This document shows positions 27,411 through 41,870 of a stretch of DNA of 64,000 bases, piece by piece. The DNA is taken from positions 132,370,001 to 132,434,000 of the forward strand of contig OX597815.1 of the NCBI GenBank assembly GCA_951406725.2. Reading direction: 5' to 3'. The notes beneath the pieces are model-generated. The model made no database searches, was not told where the DNA came from, and saw only the letters and a program-made list of their open reading frames with translations. Position 1 is the stretch's first letter; the number at the start of each line of letters is the position of its first letter. Source of the DNA: Octopus vulgaris. Its lineage: Eukaryota. Position numbers and translations under genes: made by a program.

Positions 27411-28369
27411 TATGTACATATATATACATGTATGTATGTGTGTGTGTATGAAAGTGGAAGGTGTTTAGAATTAGTAGGGAATTCCAGCGTATTTGTGCAG
27501 CTAGTGTATGTTTCGAATTGAATATTTTGTAAATGTAACCCAAAAAACTAAAAGCAATCAGGATGAATAAATAAGAGAACAGCCAGCTCAACAAAAAGAA
27601 TATGGAGAGGAATGACGTCCATGAGATGAGGGAGAAGAAGGGGAGACGCTGAAAAGAGGAAGAAGGAAGGAGAAGAGGGAAGAATTGAGAGAAATATGTA
27701 CGGGGATTATACCTGGATATGTAATGGCAAATCCATTTAAATAAAAAAATATCAGCGCACCCGCGCATGTGTGTGTGTGTGTGTGTTAGTGAGTGAGTGA
27801 ATGTGTGTTCTCCTTTTCCTACTCTTATAATCATTTCTATTACGAGCGATAACCAGGCTTTGCTTCAATACTAGTAAATACATATTATATATGATAAATA
27901 AAGTCAATTATCAACTGCATGCAGGATTTATTAATAAAATATCAAATCTCCATTTCTCTAAGTGTATTAGGACAGGAATTCTAATTAATTTTCTATTATT
28001 TGTGGATTCAAATACATACATACATGCATGCATTCAGGCGTACATGCATACATGTATACATATATACTAATGTGTTTATGTGTGAGGGGGTATACATACA
28101 TAGATAAATACACAGATATATTTATGTATGTATTATTTCCATTGTGTTTCGAAATCAGATATTTATCAAAAATATTTCCACAATAACATATGACACATAT
28201 AAGCATTACTTCGGCAGTAGTTGGTATACAATATATATTCCTTATTTCTATCACACACACACTCTCTCTCTCTCACACACACACGCAGACAAACGCACAC
28301 AAAATACACCCACATATATATGTACACACACATATGTAAATATATTTATATATATACATATATATATTT

Positions 28370-28408
<39 letters not shown>

Positions 28409-29205
28409 GCGTGTATATATATCTTCATGTATCTATATAATTATATAATGTGTATAAATGTATATATATATATATATATATATATAGTTATACATTCAAA
28501 CATGTGTGGTGTTTATATAATTAGTTTCAATTTTCAACAGTTTGAAAGTTTGAAGCATGCCATTCAATATGTCATTATTCAATTAGCAAGATGATATTCA
28601 ATGCTGTTACACAACCAACGTTTGTAAGCCATGATTGATATGTTGCCTAGTGTTTCGTACACTTCCACTTGCTAGCATATCTAATGAGATGAATTAGTAA
28701 ACAGTGACAACAATTTTAAATAGCCTTGTTGCTAGCACAACAGATACTTATTATTTGGGAGCGTTTTACCCACACCAATTACAAAATTTCTACTTTCACT
28801 CTCTCATTATTCCGATCTCTATTTTGACTTGCCAGTTTCCATCTGTGTCCAGTCAAAGGTGCATTGTTTGTTAATTGTATGCCTCACCTTGGTAATTACT
28901 GTTTTGTTATATTTTCCTAAATTGTTTGTGTACTTCCGATCTTGCTCTCAGTTATTAAATTTCTAATAGATGAATAATCTTAAACCCTACGTTAATAAAA
29001 TAACAAAAACATTCTTCTTCAGCTGTATAATTTATCATATAACCAACAAATTGAGTTTAACGTTACAGTCGTTGATATTACATTATAGTATAGGGATGGA
29101 TCCGTATCTTTTAGCCAATAACATCATTTATGTAATAACGTTAATTTATTTTTCGATAACGTTTTTTGTTGCAATTTTTAGGATTATCAAAATCTTTATA
29201 TAAAA

Positions 29206-31577
29206 CTAGCAGAATTGCCCGGCGATGCTCAGGGCTGAGTTGCTTGAAAGTACTGTTAATGATTGCACTGAATTATGATGATTATTCAGGCAAATATTGA
29301 TATAAGTTTACGGCGAATGAATGTATTTGTAAGTGTATAGAAAGCCGTGTAAAGGGGTTCCTACCCCCTCGTAGAATGGTGTAAGAATTGAATGCGAGGT
29401 TGCCTTGAAAAGAGCGATGTTATTGTTCTCATAATTGTAAGAATTTGATAGTCGTGGAAGGCGGTGTAAAACGTTCGCAGGTGAATAGGGTCTCTTCGTT
29501 TTCCACGAACGGCAGCGGATGTGCTGTTACAAAACTTCATGCTGTGTTAAAAGAGAATGGATGCCCTATGTAGGCAAGAGGGGAATGAAGCATGGGTAAG
29601 TAAATATGGGTAATTTATAAAATATAGAACAATAGCATCTACTCACCATATGTCAGACCAGCAAGACTGTAGTGGTGCTGAATAGATGAATCACAACACA
29701 GTGGTGGAGATGTTTTCATTGATGGGTGTTATGATTAAATTTGTTGTTGTATAAAATGATCTGTTGCTTAGTTTCCAAAGTGTATGTTGCGATCGTGTTG
29801 TCGCTTATGTAAACTTTAACAGTGAGAGTGTAGATGTAGGTGGTAGATGTGTCATGTACGTTGGATATAGAAGATGAGGCTGGTGGTTTAATGATGAATG
29901 GATAGAAATAGAGGTGAGCGAAGGACAGGTGTTGGTTAAGTGTGAATTAATGTCATGAAACGCCTAAAAATGTAAATGCCATCATAAAAGAGAGTCGTAT
30001 GTAAGTGAAATACTAACGTGTTCGAAAATGATGAAACGTAGTAATCCTATAAAACCTCCTTGTACACAATGTTTTTTGTTTTTCGTTGTGGAACGAATGC
30101 GAAAGCATCACTGTTGCTGCCGACACGCGAGCAGGCAACATAAAGCTGACCATGAGAGAAACATGGCTCTCCCAAATGTATCTCCGACACAGTGTTTGAC
30201 CCTGCGCTTTGTTAATTGACATTGCGAAACATGGCCTTACTGGGAACAGGGACCTCCGAAATATGAAAGGTAGGTCTACTCCTGATGGGAAAAGATGCAT
30301 CCTAGGTATGAGCACAACGTTGCCTCGAGCGCACCCTGTGATAATGGTGGCCTCAATCAGATTGGGAGATAAGGACTTAACGATCAAACGTGTGCCATTG
30401 CATTGTTTTGGGGAACCAAATTTCTAATGAGCATTATAGGGGCACCAACTTTAAGTTTGAGAATGTGTGGTGGTAGTCCGGGGGGCTCAAAGGAATTGAG
30501 TACCTCTATTGGATAGTTGATGACGTCCTCTGGGTCAGGAGTTGTATCGATAGACATCCCCAGGAATGAGTTTTAGCATTTCATCATTAATATGGTGAAC
30601 AGTTTTATTCCTCGGGGCCAGAATAGCCTTTTGGCCAATCCAATCCATATTCTGATAATTAGCTTGTAGATCTGGGAACACTGCATCTCTGAGATCAGAA
30701 GGCGTTTTAACAATGGTACAAATGGAATCGATGGCAATATTACCATTTTCATCCCCTGGTATTTTGCTTTCGCCAAGTGCAAGGAGGGTGTGAGAAAATG
30801 CTGCTGATGTGATATCACGTCGCATATGAGCACGCATATTGGTGTGAAGTTTGAGAGTCTTCACCAGTGGCCACAATGTGGATGACGTAAGACACGCACT
30901 TACGGCATCAGCTCTAGTCCCTTTGGGAATAACGGGAAGTGTTTGTCGGAAGTCCCCTGAAAGAAGAAGTGTTATGCCTCCCATGGGAGCTGAAGAGTGT
31001 GTTATGTCTCTGAGAGATCTATCTAGTGCCTTAGGAGCAGCTCTGTGGGCCATCGTGCATTCATCCCAAACGATAAGCTCGCATCGTCTGAAGACTTCTG
31101 CCTGATCGGAGCTGTTACTGATGTTGCAAGTTGGTGTCTCAGTCTTCGCTAAGTCAAGCGGGAGCTTGAAAGTGGAGTGAGCTGTCCTGCTACCTGACAA
31201 CAAAGTAGCCGCAATTCCAGATGATGCCACAGCTAGGGCAATGCCTTGTGTTCACCTAATCTCAGCCAATATTAATTTGTTGACAAATGTTTTCCCAGTG
31301 CCCCCACGAGCGTCCAGGAAAAAAATCCCCCCAGCTTTGGCTCGGACAGAATTAACAACGGAGTTGTAAGCGTACTTCTGTTCTGGAAGGAGCTTTGGCT
31401 CATTGTCGGCAAGCTCGTCAACATTAAAACATGTCTCACGCAGCAAATGTGAAGACAGAGTGTTTGTGCCTTCCTGGTTTGTTGAAGTTAGGCCATAGAC
31501 CGGCAAGGCACTACCGCCCATCTCAAGTACAGTATCTTCGAACGTAGTTTGTTACCACACAGACACACCTGCCACTA

Positions 31578-31633
<56 letters not shown>

Positions 31634-32196
31634 CGTATGTGTGTATGGGTAGATATATTATGCATGTATATATATATGTGTACATATTACATGTACATCT
31701 ATATATATACATCTACACATAAAATACAAAATACAAAGTTATATCTCGATATCGCTAGTAATAACAATACTCAAAATATATAACAAACTGGAATTGTAGG
31801 CCCGTCTCTTGCAATTTCGATCAATTGGATCTTGTCCTCCCTCTTGTATAGAAGTGTACGGCTGCAGCGAAATTCATTTTTGGACTTTCTTCTATCGAAG
31901 GCATTTTAACAAAAATGCTTCCGTAAAGACGGTGAAAATATTGTCAATTTCCCCAAACAGGGACACAATTCAATTTTTAAACAATAACCAAAGCCCCTTC
32001 TCCGAAAGGCGGGGGGTTACGGTTTACAATTATTTAACAAATGCAACACAACAACGTTTCCCTGTCGAGGAACCAACAAACGTAATTACAATAGTCAAAC
32101 AGTAATAATAATAACAAACCTTTTTAATTTATCCCCATTTATGTGAAATCACTTATTCAAGTTCAAGTCATTGATGCAATTTTATACGAATTGCTA

Positions 32197-32233
<37 letters not shown>

Positions 32234-32658
32234 ATAAGGGTGAAAAATTGAATATTAATTTGATTAATATGAATTGAAAACCAGTGGTGTAGCATATAAG
32301 ACCATAGCGGATCTTCCTCTAGCAAAAAGGATGACCAGTATTAATGGCTCATCCCTGTTATATAAATACTTTCACTTTAATTGTTGCACACTTGCAAAGA
32401 GAAAGGAGGAGAAAGTGTGATGGCAATGGAAGGAGTGAAGCACTTGAAATGAGAAAGGCAAATCGTAAAATATTGAGTTTTCTCGAATTTTTGCTTAATT
32501 GGGGGTCAAATTGAAAAAAACTTTACATGCCATGACCCAATCGAATCTACTTGGAAAAATCATAGGTAAATTCCAATTGAAGAAATTCTATACTGTAGAA
32601 TTGTATTAAAAAGAAACATGGGAACAGGCAGAGAAAATCTGCCTTTTATCATAAGAGA
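29206..32658 (-). mobile_element. Internally deleted Helitron with both termini
   Basis: Minus-strand 5' end A|TCTCTTATGATAAAAGGCAG at 32658. 3' GC hairpin (29218-29234) followed by CTAG|T at 29206. Contains a Pif1 helicase remnant. Confidence 0.8.
30013..31521 (-). pseudogene. Helitron Pif1-family (SF1B) helicase, frameshifted
   Basis: FFLDARGGTGKTF, ASSGIAATLL, TAHSTFKLP, IVWDEC, GDFRQTLPV, ILAPRN, FAMSINKAQGQT. Confidence 0.93.
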
Positions 32659-33012
32659 TAATTTAGATAATCTCAGTTATGAACTTTTACTTTCCTTTTT
32701 TACCAGAGAATTATTGAAGGGAAAGCAACAAAAACACAACGAAAATACAAATCGTAAAATATTTATCACAACGAATTTCTTACAGTAACCTCGAGTCAAT
32801 TTTTGAACAGAGATATATTTAATTGAATCAACATCCATTTGAACATTTCGATAGATTTAAAGAAGTTGATTTTCGTGGGACGTGAGGAAACGAGAAAAAA
32901 ATTGACATTCCAATATTTGTTTAACCGGCTGGTATCTCTGACGGCATTCTTATATGGCGTTCGAATTTCTTGATCTTTTCTTGAACCAAAGCTGCACTTC
33001 GTCAAAGAGACG

Positions 33013-34176
33013 TGTTACGGAAAGACGTGTAGCGGACGCTTAGTGAAATTCTCACTCTCTCTCTCTCTCTCTCTGTCATATATAACATAAATACGGACGT
33101 AGCAGACAACAGCTAGCCTTCGGCCGTTTGGACCCTGTTGTGTCCACTACTCTGATTGGTCGGTATTGGCGCAATTTGTCTTTTGCTGTATTACGCGCCA
33201 ATATACAAACCAACCAATCGCAACCTTCAGATAAGGTCCCGTGACACAGTCTTCTAAATTATCTGTTGGAGCCTCCTAGTCTCTACAAAAGCTAGTCACA
33301 ACAAACCGTATTTCGTCTTTGGTTCGAGATCTTCTAAGGTTCAACCACTGACCACAGAGCACTCAGCCAGTTCCAGCGACACAGTTAGTTACAGCAACAA
33401 CACTAGCAGCATTCCGAACCTCCACCTCCGTCGCATTCATCTTAACGTCGCCTCCATCACCGTCGCTTTGATATTAATGACGCCAACAACATCTCTACAT
33501 ACACAGCAACTTCGCTCTGGTTTAACTTCATGCTGTTTGTGAATACTTGCCCATGGTTAACAGCAAGAACTACCTGCAAGAATTTCCTGCATCAGATAAC
33601 TGGCACAGCATAGTAGCCACAACCGCTTACACGACACGTGTTCAACCGCTCTGCAATTGTAGCCAAAACCGCTTACACGACACGTGTTCAACCGCTCTGC
33701 AATTGTAGTCACAACCTCTTGTTACGGCACTTCAACTATTGTGTACCTTACTACGAACTTTTATTTATCTTCATTTTGTCTGAACTTCTTCTAGCGTCCT
33801 GTTGTAGACTCTTTCTATGCTCTGAATTTTATCTCACACGCATACACCCTTGTTTGTACATACATACACATTATGTATGCTTGACGGCCTGCTATTATTG
33901 TTCTTATTATATATGTACTTATTACGTAGACACAGACAGGCACTCTGCTAACATCCAAATAAAACCTTTCTCTTAACATTCTACGGTTGTGTCGTCTTTC
34001 ATTTCATTCTGGCACTCATACTCATTTATCCATTTTTGCTTTTATTGTAAGCGACCGGGCGGTGTATTAAAGGAGTCATTCATTAGCCACCTCTCCTTTC
34101 GCACGGTCGTTCTACCGACGCATGTTACTAATGGAAATAACAGCCGCCTACCGTCCAATTATATCTGTAGATAACA
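33013..34176 (+). mobile_element. Possible solo LTR
   Basis: TGTTA...TAACA ends (alternative start TGTCA at 33074), CCAAT boxes at ~33152-33220, AATAAA at ~33958, GC-richer than flanks. No TSD found. Confidence 0.45.
33614..33716. repeat. 46-bp tandem duplication (~2.2 copies)
   Basis: tagcca(c/a)aaccgcttacacgacacgtgttcaaccgctctgcaattg x2 plus a partial copy. Confidence 0.9.
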
Positions 34177-35453
34177 CAGTTTCAGAGATAGTCTGCGTGT
34201 GTGTAGTTGCGGCATGTTGAACCCGCCTTGCATATGGCGTGAAAGAAAAGAGACTGCCTAATTAATGAAAAGCTTTCCTTTTAAAGAATGCAGGACAATA
34301 GATTTTCCGATCATGTCAAACAATACCTAGGACAAGGCAGAGCGGTTATGAGATATATTATGTTCCAGGCAATATGGTTTTCCCCACCTCTGCCCGACCT
34401 TCAGACATAACTTCCTCTCAAGCCATTTCTTAGTGAGCTGGGCTATCCTGCTTGACACAGCGTACAAGTTCCAGTGCAATAAACCATATGAACGCGAAAT
34501 ATACATCGAGAAACAAAGCGAAAATTAAGTTCATCCAATTCTCCTTAATTACCAAACTTCAGCTCTTTCAATGGAAATAGGTCTCATTATCCCTAGGAAC
34601 CGTCATCTCTTTAGAAAATATCAATGCAATAATATTATGAAATGTTTGCTTAATTTTCCTCGACATAAATAATTCATTTTTGAAACAACAATTCTAAAAG
34701 GTTATAACGTTGAGGAGAATATGGCCTTTGCATGAATCAGGAGAGATCGCTTTGTTGCAACTGTTCTGGACAGGGTCTAGTCTCAGTTCTTCCCTTCGCG
34801 ATTAAAAGGTTAAAAGCAAAATGACACATGCTTATACGTTGAATTAAAAGTATACTTTCCGTTAAAGAATGTGCGTGTTATGCCATTTCTGATTGATATT
34901 TTGTATGTCTATCTCGCAAACCGTGAAAAGCAGGCGAAGATTTTCATCTTCCGCGTGTAATTCTTCAAATACAACCAACGAGCTCAAACACATACCAAAC
35001 TCTGTCCACGGTATCTTCAACGTGACCGTCAGCTACCCGTTCAAGCACCTTAGTAACTGATTATCTGTCGCATATTCTAAGAAATAATTACCTAGTACCA
35101 AAGCTACACTATTTCAAGTAATTAGCACTTGCGATATCTAATGAGAAGGTGCACTGGTGATAAATAAAATTTACAGGAAAATACTATTATAATGGTCTGT
35201 TACATCCGCCTGATATAATTTCTTTTATTTATTTTATAATATTTTACTATCTTGAAAGAAGACAGCTCTTCAATAATTGATAATGCTAGCGGTGTATTGC
35301 ACAATTAACCAAGTTTTGTGCATTATTTCGTATGTATTTGTGTGTAATTTATTTTTTATATATATGTATGTATGTATACACGTGTCTGTGTGTGCGTGCG
35401 TTTAAGTAATAAGATTACTACATTCACAGACGAACCTACCTCTGCATATATAA

Positions 35454-35494
<41 letters not shown>

Positions 35495-35699
35495 GAAAAT
35501 GTATGTATATATATATGTGTATATATATACACACTTAAATATTTAAATATAAATATACTTATATATATATATATACATACATACATATCTATGTGGAAAT
35601 GTATATACATATATATATATTTATGCTTATACAATTTTTATACATATGCATATATATATACATACATATATATGTACATATACATACATACATACACAC

Positions 35700-35732
<33 letters not shown>

Positions 35733-36487
35733 TGTATGTCTACATTGTGACCTTAGGTTTTATATAATGCGGGGTGTAGTTTGTTCTTAACTAAATTTCG
35801 AAGCCTCACTTCAGAGCCCAGAAGCGGTGTTCTTTTAAGTTGTTTGATCGGACAGGTGATGGACACATTCCCTATGTGGTTGATGCAGATTATCTCATCT
35901 AGTATCACGCGGAAAATGCTCTAATCACAGTATATAATCATATCAGCGTATCAAGCTCACATTAACTATGTTATGCATCTCCTCTCTAGAAACCTCTGTA
36001 ACGCATGTTGTACCGCAACATAAAGCGGTGTTGTAAGACACGCATTACCGAAAATCATATAAAAATGCCTACGTCCATGTGTATATGTGCGTATGTGTGT
36101 GTCTGTGTGTGTACCAAGTGCGTTGTGTTTGTGAACACCAGAAAAACATTGACGAAATACAGGAAGGTATTTAATAAGGAAGAGAAAATGCGTTCATTTG
36201 TTTGGTGCAATTGTATTACTCTATTTTAATTCTCGGTTGAGACTATGCTTGCACCCGTGAATGTGGATTGATACAGATACAGCGACAGTTAACAAAATCA
36301 GTCTGCCTCTGTAAATAATAAACCCACCTCACAAGTCAAACCCAGAAATGCACATATCCGTTCATACTTACATCAGATTTTAAATATAATTACATTTTTA
36401 CACACATATACACACAGTTATATATATATGTATGTATGTATATGTATATATGTGTATATATGTGTGTGTATCTGTGTGTTTCTCTGA

Positions 36488-36536
<49 letters not shown>

Positions 36537-37854
36537 CATAAACATCCTTCGTGGTACATCTCAGACAAAGCGGATTTCATTAACCTTACTACTTTATATA
36601 TGATATAAATCGAGTGTTTCCGTTTTCCTTATTCCAGCGTGGGCATGAACATTACAAGTGTTTCGATCAAATGCTCCCGTTAATTTGTCCAGATCGCAGA
36701 TCATCGAGACATCCATCATGTGATTACTAAAACAATACTTGCATATATTTTTACGCATGTATGTGTGGCCATTTGCGTTGGCTAGTGTTGCGTGCTTGTA
36801 TATTTAGGAGTGTGATAATATCATAAATATATGTATAAGTATGGCCCTGATTATATAACAGATATTTACGTTTGACTGTGATTATATTCGTTATTATTTC
36901 TAAGTATAGATCTGCTGATGCTTCATTTTTAAAAACAACACGGCTGGAAATAAACCTACGCAGTAAGAATCAACATATATCTCCATAATAAATAAAAAGA
37001 CATATCAAAAATAATGTTTATTAATAAGCATTGAACAAATTTTCAAAGTCAAACGTTATGAGGAAAAACATGGAGTTAAAAAGAAAATGGGATAAAAATA
37101 AGAAAGCAGAAAGAAACTGTAAATGAGCGTGTTATTGTTATAATGATCTGTGCAAGTTTATAAAATGGCAGAAACAGCTGGTGAATGGAACTTAGAAGTA
37201 ACTAACGATATCCGGTGTCAAGAGATCAAACCACATCTATACAAGAAAACCATATTTCCATAAATTCAACAAAGGAAAAATAACTTGGAACTTGTCAATT
37301 GCTAAGTTTAAAATAGCTGCAATGGAATTATATAAGTAACCAGATTATAGTGTAGTGACGAAACTATAAAACCTTCATGAAATAAATGAAAAGTGATTAT
37401 AAATACATATTTGTGTATGATTGTAAATGGCTAAAACACCCTTTCCACCCAATTTACTCCTGCGCACACACACACACATATGTATGAGGGGGTGTCACGT
37501 ATGGAATGCGTGTGTGCGCGCGCATGTGCCATGTGCGTGTGCGTGTAGAAACCTATATAGACGACATACAAACGTCATATTTTCCTGTTTCTCCTGCAAT
37601 CGAAAATAATGATGAACAGACTCTAAAGATTTTCGAAACTAATTGGGATCTCATCAGGGATGTTTACATCATTTGACCAATCACGGAGAATCAATTACCC
37701 AATCAGATTATATAAACAACAAAACTAGTAGTTCCAGAGAAGTAGAACTACGAATTTGCATTCTATAAATGTTTATTTGGTATCAGAGGGTTTTCAACGT
37801 GAAATCTCGTCCACACTATACTAAGTTATGTTGTAATGTATGTAACGTTGTTTA

Positions 37855-38035
37855 AGGCGGCGAGCTGGCAACATCATTAGCGCGCTTGGCAAAATTCTTA
37901 GCGGCATGTCATCCGTCTTTACGTTCTGAGTTGAAATGCGGCCAGGGCCGATTTTGCCCCTCATCTTTTGGGGTCAATGTAATCGACTTATTTCCTTCCC
38001 CAAAACTGCTGGCGTTGTGCCAAAATTTGAAACTA
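37855..38035 (+). mobile_element. SINE family B, degenerate
   Basis: aggcggcgagctggca..cattagc.cgc head matches the reverse complement of 52260-52311. Confidence 0.75.
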
Positions 38036-38687
38036 ATATATACAAAAATATAGTTACATTGTAAACATAAAACAATTCAAAATTATCTATCTCTCAGTAG
38101 GTTGAAAGAAATGAACAGCTTTAATTGATTTTCGACCTTTTTTGAGATCGCAACAGATTTGTCTAAATCCCAATAAGAGTAGTAGCCAATCTTTTCATAT
38201 ACGAACGACCTAAATGCAATATACAAGTAAACACAAGCAAATATGTAATTCAATGCTGGAAAATTTTAAACCACCACTATCAACCAACAAACATATTGGA
38301 ATAAGAATTCACAGGAACAGAATTTAATGCGATCCCAAAGGCAAACATTTTATGTGATTGAATAGGATTTAGATTAATGACATATCATTTTGTGTGCATA
38401 TTACTATAATGGAACCAACGAATTGGGGGAATGGTTACTTCGATTCTGAGGTCATTGAGAACATGACAAAAGGAAACCATGTTGTTCCTGTGGGAAATAT
38501 TTGTCCTCAGTTGCCTGGGAGGACTGTGGATACTTCATAACGTCGAAATAGCAGCAGAACTATAGGCTACCCAACGCTGTTATACCAAAATGATTACCTC
38601 GATGCAACAGACGAGCTACTGAGAGAGGTTTAAAGAACTGGCATTCTACTTCCCTGAGTGAAGATACAAAACGTATGCTGTGACATT

Positions 38688-38692
38688 TGTGC

Positions 38693-38723
<31 letters not shown>

Positions 38724-39078
38724 ACAGTCTGTCTCTATGTGTGTCGGCCTCTGTGTCTGTGTGTCTGCCCGTGTTTGTGTGAATCAATGTTTGTTTCTCT
38801 GTCTGTCTTCCTCTGTGTGTGTGTGTGTTTGAATGTGACAGTCTGCCTCTATGTGTGTCTCTGCGTCTGTGTATGTGTGTTGTGTGTGTGTGTATCTGCC
38901 TGTGTTTGTGTCAATCAATGTTTCTGTGTCTGTCTGCCTCTGTGTATGCCACTCTGTGTGTGTGTGTGTGTGTGCCTGTGTATTTGTCAATCAATTTTTG
39001 TTTCTGTATCTGTCTGCCGCTGTGTATGCCTCTGTGTATGCCTCTGTGTATGCCTCTGTGTATGCCTCTGTGTATGCC

Positions 39079-39116
<38 letters not shown>

Positions 39117-39143
39117 TGTATGTGTGTGTATGTGTGTGTGTAT
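38688..39143. repeat. Compound (GT)n with degenerate higher-order repeats and 12-bp tgtgtatgcctc units
   Basis: Directly visible. Confidence 0.85.
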
Positions 39144-40097
39144 GGATACACTGGAGGGTATATCTGGGATTAAAAGGTATATCAACCCCACAAACAGACG
39201 CTACTATACAGTGCCATATTGTACCACCGCCATCAAGAAATCAATACCCTAGCTGTTTAACGCCTTTCAAAAATCTTACCGGGTTTTCAAAACTTCTCCA
39301 CAAAACTCAGAAATGGGGCCAAAATTAAATGCGAAATTACACAAAATATATTTAGAGTGTTTTTTTTCTGAGAAAACAAATCAACGTCTAAAGAATGCAA
39401 ATAAGGGCGACGTTTTACAATTCCATCATTCGCCCAAACCGGATATTGTTAGAGGCCTGCGGAAGCAAAATGAAAGGAACGAGTAATCACAACCTCGGCT
39501 AGATGTATGTGTGTGGGAGCGGGATTATGTATGTGTAACGAAGAAAGATTCACGAAATTAGTAAGAACAAGACAATGTTTGGTGAAATATTTTAAATGAA
39601 GGACAAGATCATGAAATAAGCTCGGGGTTTATGAATCGTCGTTGTTTTGCTAGAAAATCGGGCGTATACACGCAGGATGGTAAGAATTGATAAAGCCTGG
39701 AATTGAAGAATATAAGGACATAAGGGAAATTTTGAAGTATATATTCAAAAACAAATTTAACGGTTAACATCCACGTTCACAGGAGCGGTGAAAGTTTAGT
39801 ATCATTCAAACTTCAACTTTCATTCTTTCATTTCATTTTAGACAACACGTTTAACGTTATAACATTTTTCAGCACTTTACCTCTATTTGAAGCCAAGAAG
39901 ACGCACTGCTTATGAAAACAATTATCATCTAACCATCTTGCATCTTGAACAATTTCAGTATAACATAATAAAATATACTATAATATAGAATCATAATATA
40001 TGATATATCTAGCACACTAAGTAAACGAGATACAATACACCGAAACAGACAGTCTGCACTTGGAGGTAATTAAAAACACACATACATACACACACAC

Positions 40098-40144
<47 letters not shown>

Positions 40145-40185
40145 TTAAAAAGATATTTATGCATGTATGTGTGTATATGTATACG

Positions 40186-40225
<40 letters not shown>

Positions 40226-40329
40226 CATACACACATGCATATGTATACATGTATGTTCGTGTATATGTGTATGTATAAATATATATATATATATACATAC
40301 ATATATATATACATACACATATGTGTATG

Positions 40330-40362
<33 letters not shown>

Positions 40363-40859
40363 ACGTATATATATTAGAAACGTATATGTGCCTCCAAATA
40401 ATATTTACTGTCTAGCGTGAATTAAGCCTACATGTATGCATGTATGTGTGTGTGAGTACGTGCTTTTTGTGTGTATGTATGTGTGTGTGTGTTTTCACAT
40501 ATATTCATTTACTTGTATATAAAGATAACGATAATACTTATATATATTATGTGTCTTTGCATGTGTGTATATGTTTGTGTGTGTGTGTGTGTGTTTGTGT
40601 GTATGTGTGTCTGCATCATTTGTTGGTATGTTTGAATGTCATCTAATAATCATAAGCAAACAAACTGAAAAATTAATTAAATATCAACAGTAATTACATC
40701 GACAAAAATACTGTGAGACAAAAAAAAGACAAAAGATTCTAATCAAGTAGCATAGAAGACAAGGATAAAGGTAATTTGTTTTATTCTTTGGAAATAATGG
40801 AAAGAAATTCATATGAAAGCTGCAGTTTATTGTCTCCAAATAAAATTCATTGTTTCTAG

Positions 40860-40904
40860 AAGATTCCTGAAGAGAAAGATTCCTGAAGAGAAAGATTCCT
40901 GAAG
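40860..40904. repeat. 16-bp tandem repeat x3 (aagattcctgaagaga)
   Basis: Directly visible. Confidence 0.85.
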
Positions 40905-41546
40905 GGCAAGTTGATATTGAATTTTTAACCTATCCCTTGGTCAATATGTTTACGGGAAAATAATGGTGTATCATATACCTTGCTAATATGTCAGAGATAC
41001 ATACCTTATTATAGGTGCTACATTAAGATCATGGGCAAAAATTCTGAGCTTAGAATGAATGATTTTACCAAGAGTTCTATTGGGACTACAATTGCAGCTG
41101 ATGTATTAGCTCTTGTTATTATGGTTGTTGTATTTGTTGTTGTTGCGTAAAATTCCTTCATCTGTTATCGAGCCAACTCCTGGCTTGAAGTATACCTCTG
41201 AACGGCGAGGTGCCGCTTGTGAAACATATTTTCACAACTGGAACATGAGACAACATTCTTAGATTTATTACTGCACACACTGTCAAGCGGTGGTGACCCA
41301 CGTAACATGCCACATGACCGACAGCAAATTTTGTGCTTTTCTCCATAATTTATTTCCTATTGAATTCAAAATGGAGGCAAACTGTTGAAAAGAATTATTC
41401 TCCCATACGCACTGTGCTCGTGGTGCACGAATCACTTACTTAATGTTGCAGGTATATTTATGCTTAAATAACACTTCTCATCTTTCTTAAGGCTGAATGA
41501 AAGATAATTCTTAAGATGCCTCTGCGGTATTGTCCTACCGGCTTTT

Positions 41547-41870
41547 TGTATATACATCTGGATGTCGGAATGTTGTATATACAAGTGGATGTCACAAAGT
41601 TCTATATATGCGTCTGATTGTTGGAATATATTTTTGTACATATGAGTGTCAGAAATTTGTATATACATCTCGATATCAGATAATTGTTTATACACCTGGA
41701 TATCAAAAAGTTGTATATACGTCTGGATGTCAGAAATTTGTATATACGTCTGGATGTCCGAAAGTTGCATGTACGTCTGGACGTCAGAAAGCTGTATATA
41801 CGTCTGGATGTAGCAAGGTTGTATATACATATGTATGTGGCAAAGTTGTATATATGTCTGGACGTCAGAA
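41547..41870. repeat. 27-bp minisatellite, ~12 diverged copies
   Basis: Consensus gtatatacgtctggatgtcagaaagtt; gives the 9-aa periodicity seen in the ORF track. Confidence 0.9.

Noticed and set aside
30013-31521. Host Pif1 helicase gene
   Set aside because: Intronless, frameshifted and enclosed by Helitron termini.
41547-41870. 27-bp repeats as a CRISPR array
   Set aside because: Contiguous units with no unique spacers, no cas genes, and a eukaryotic context.
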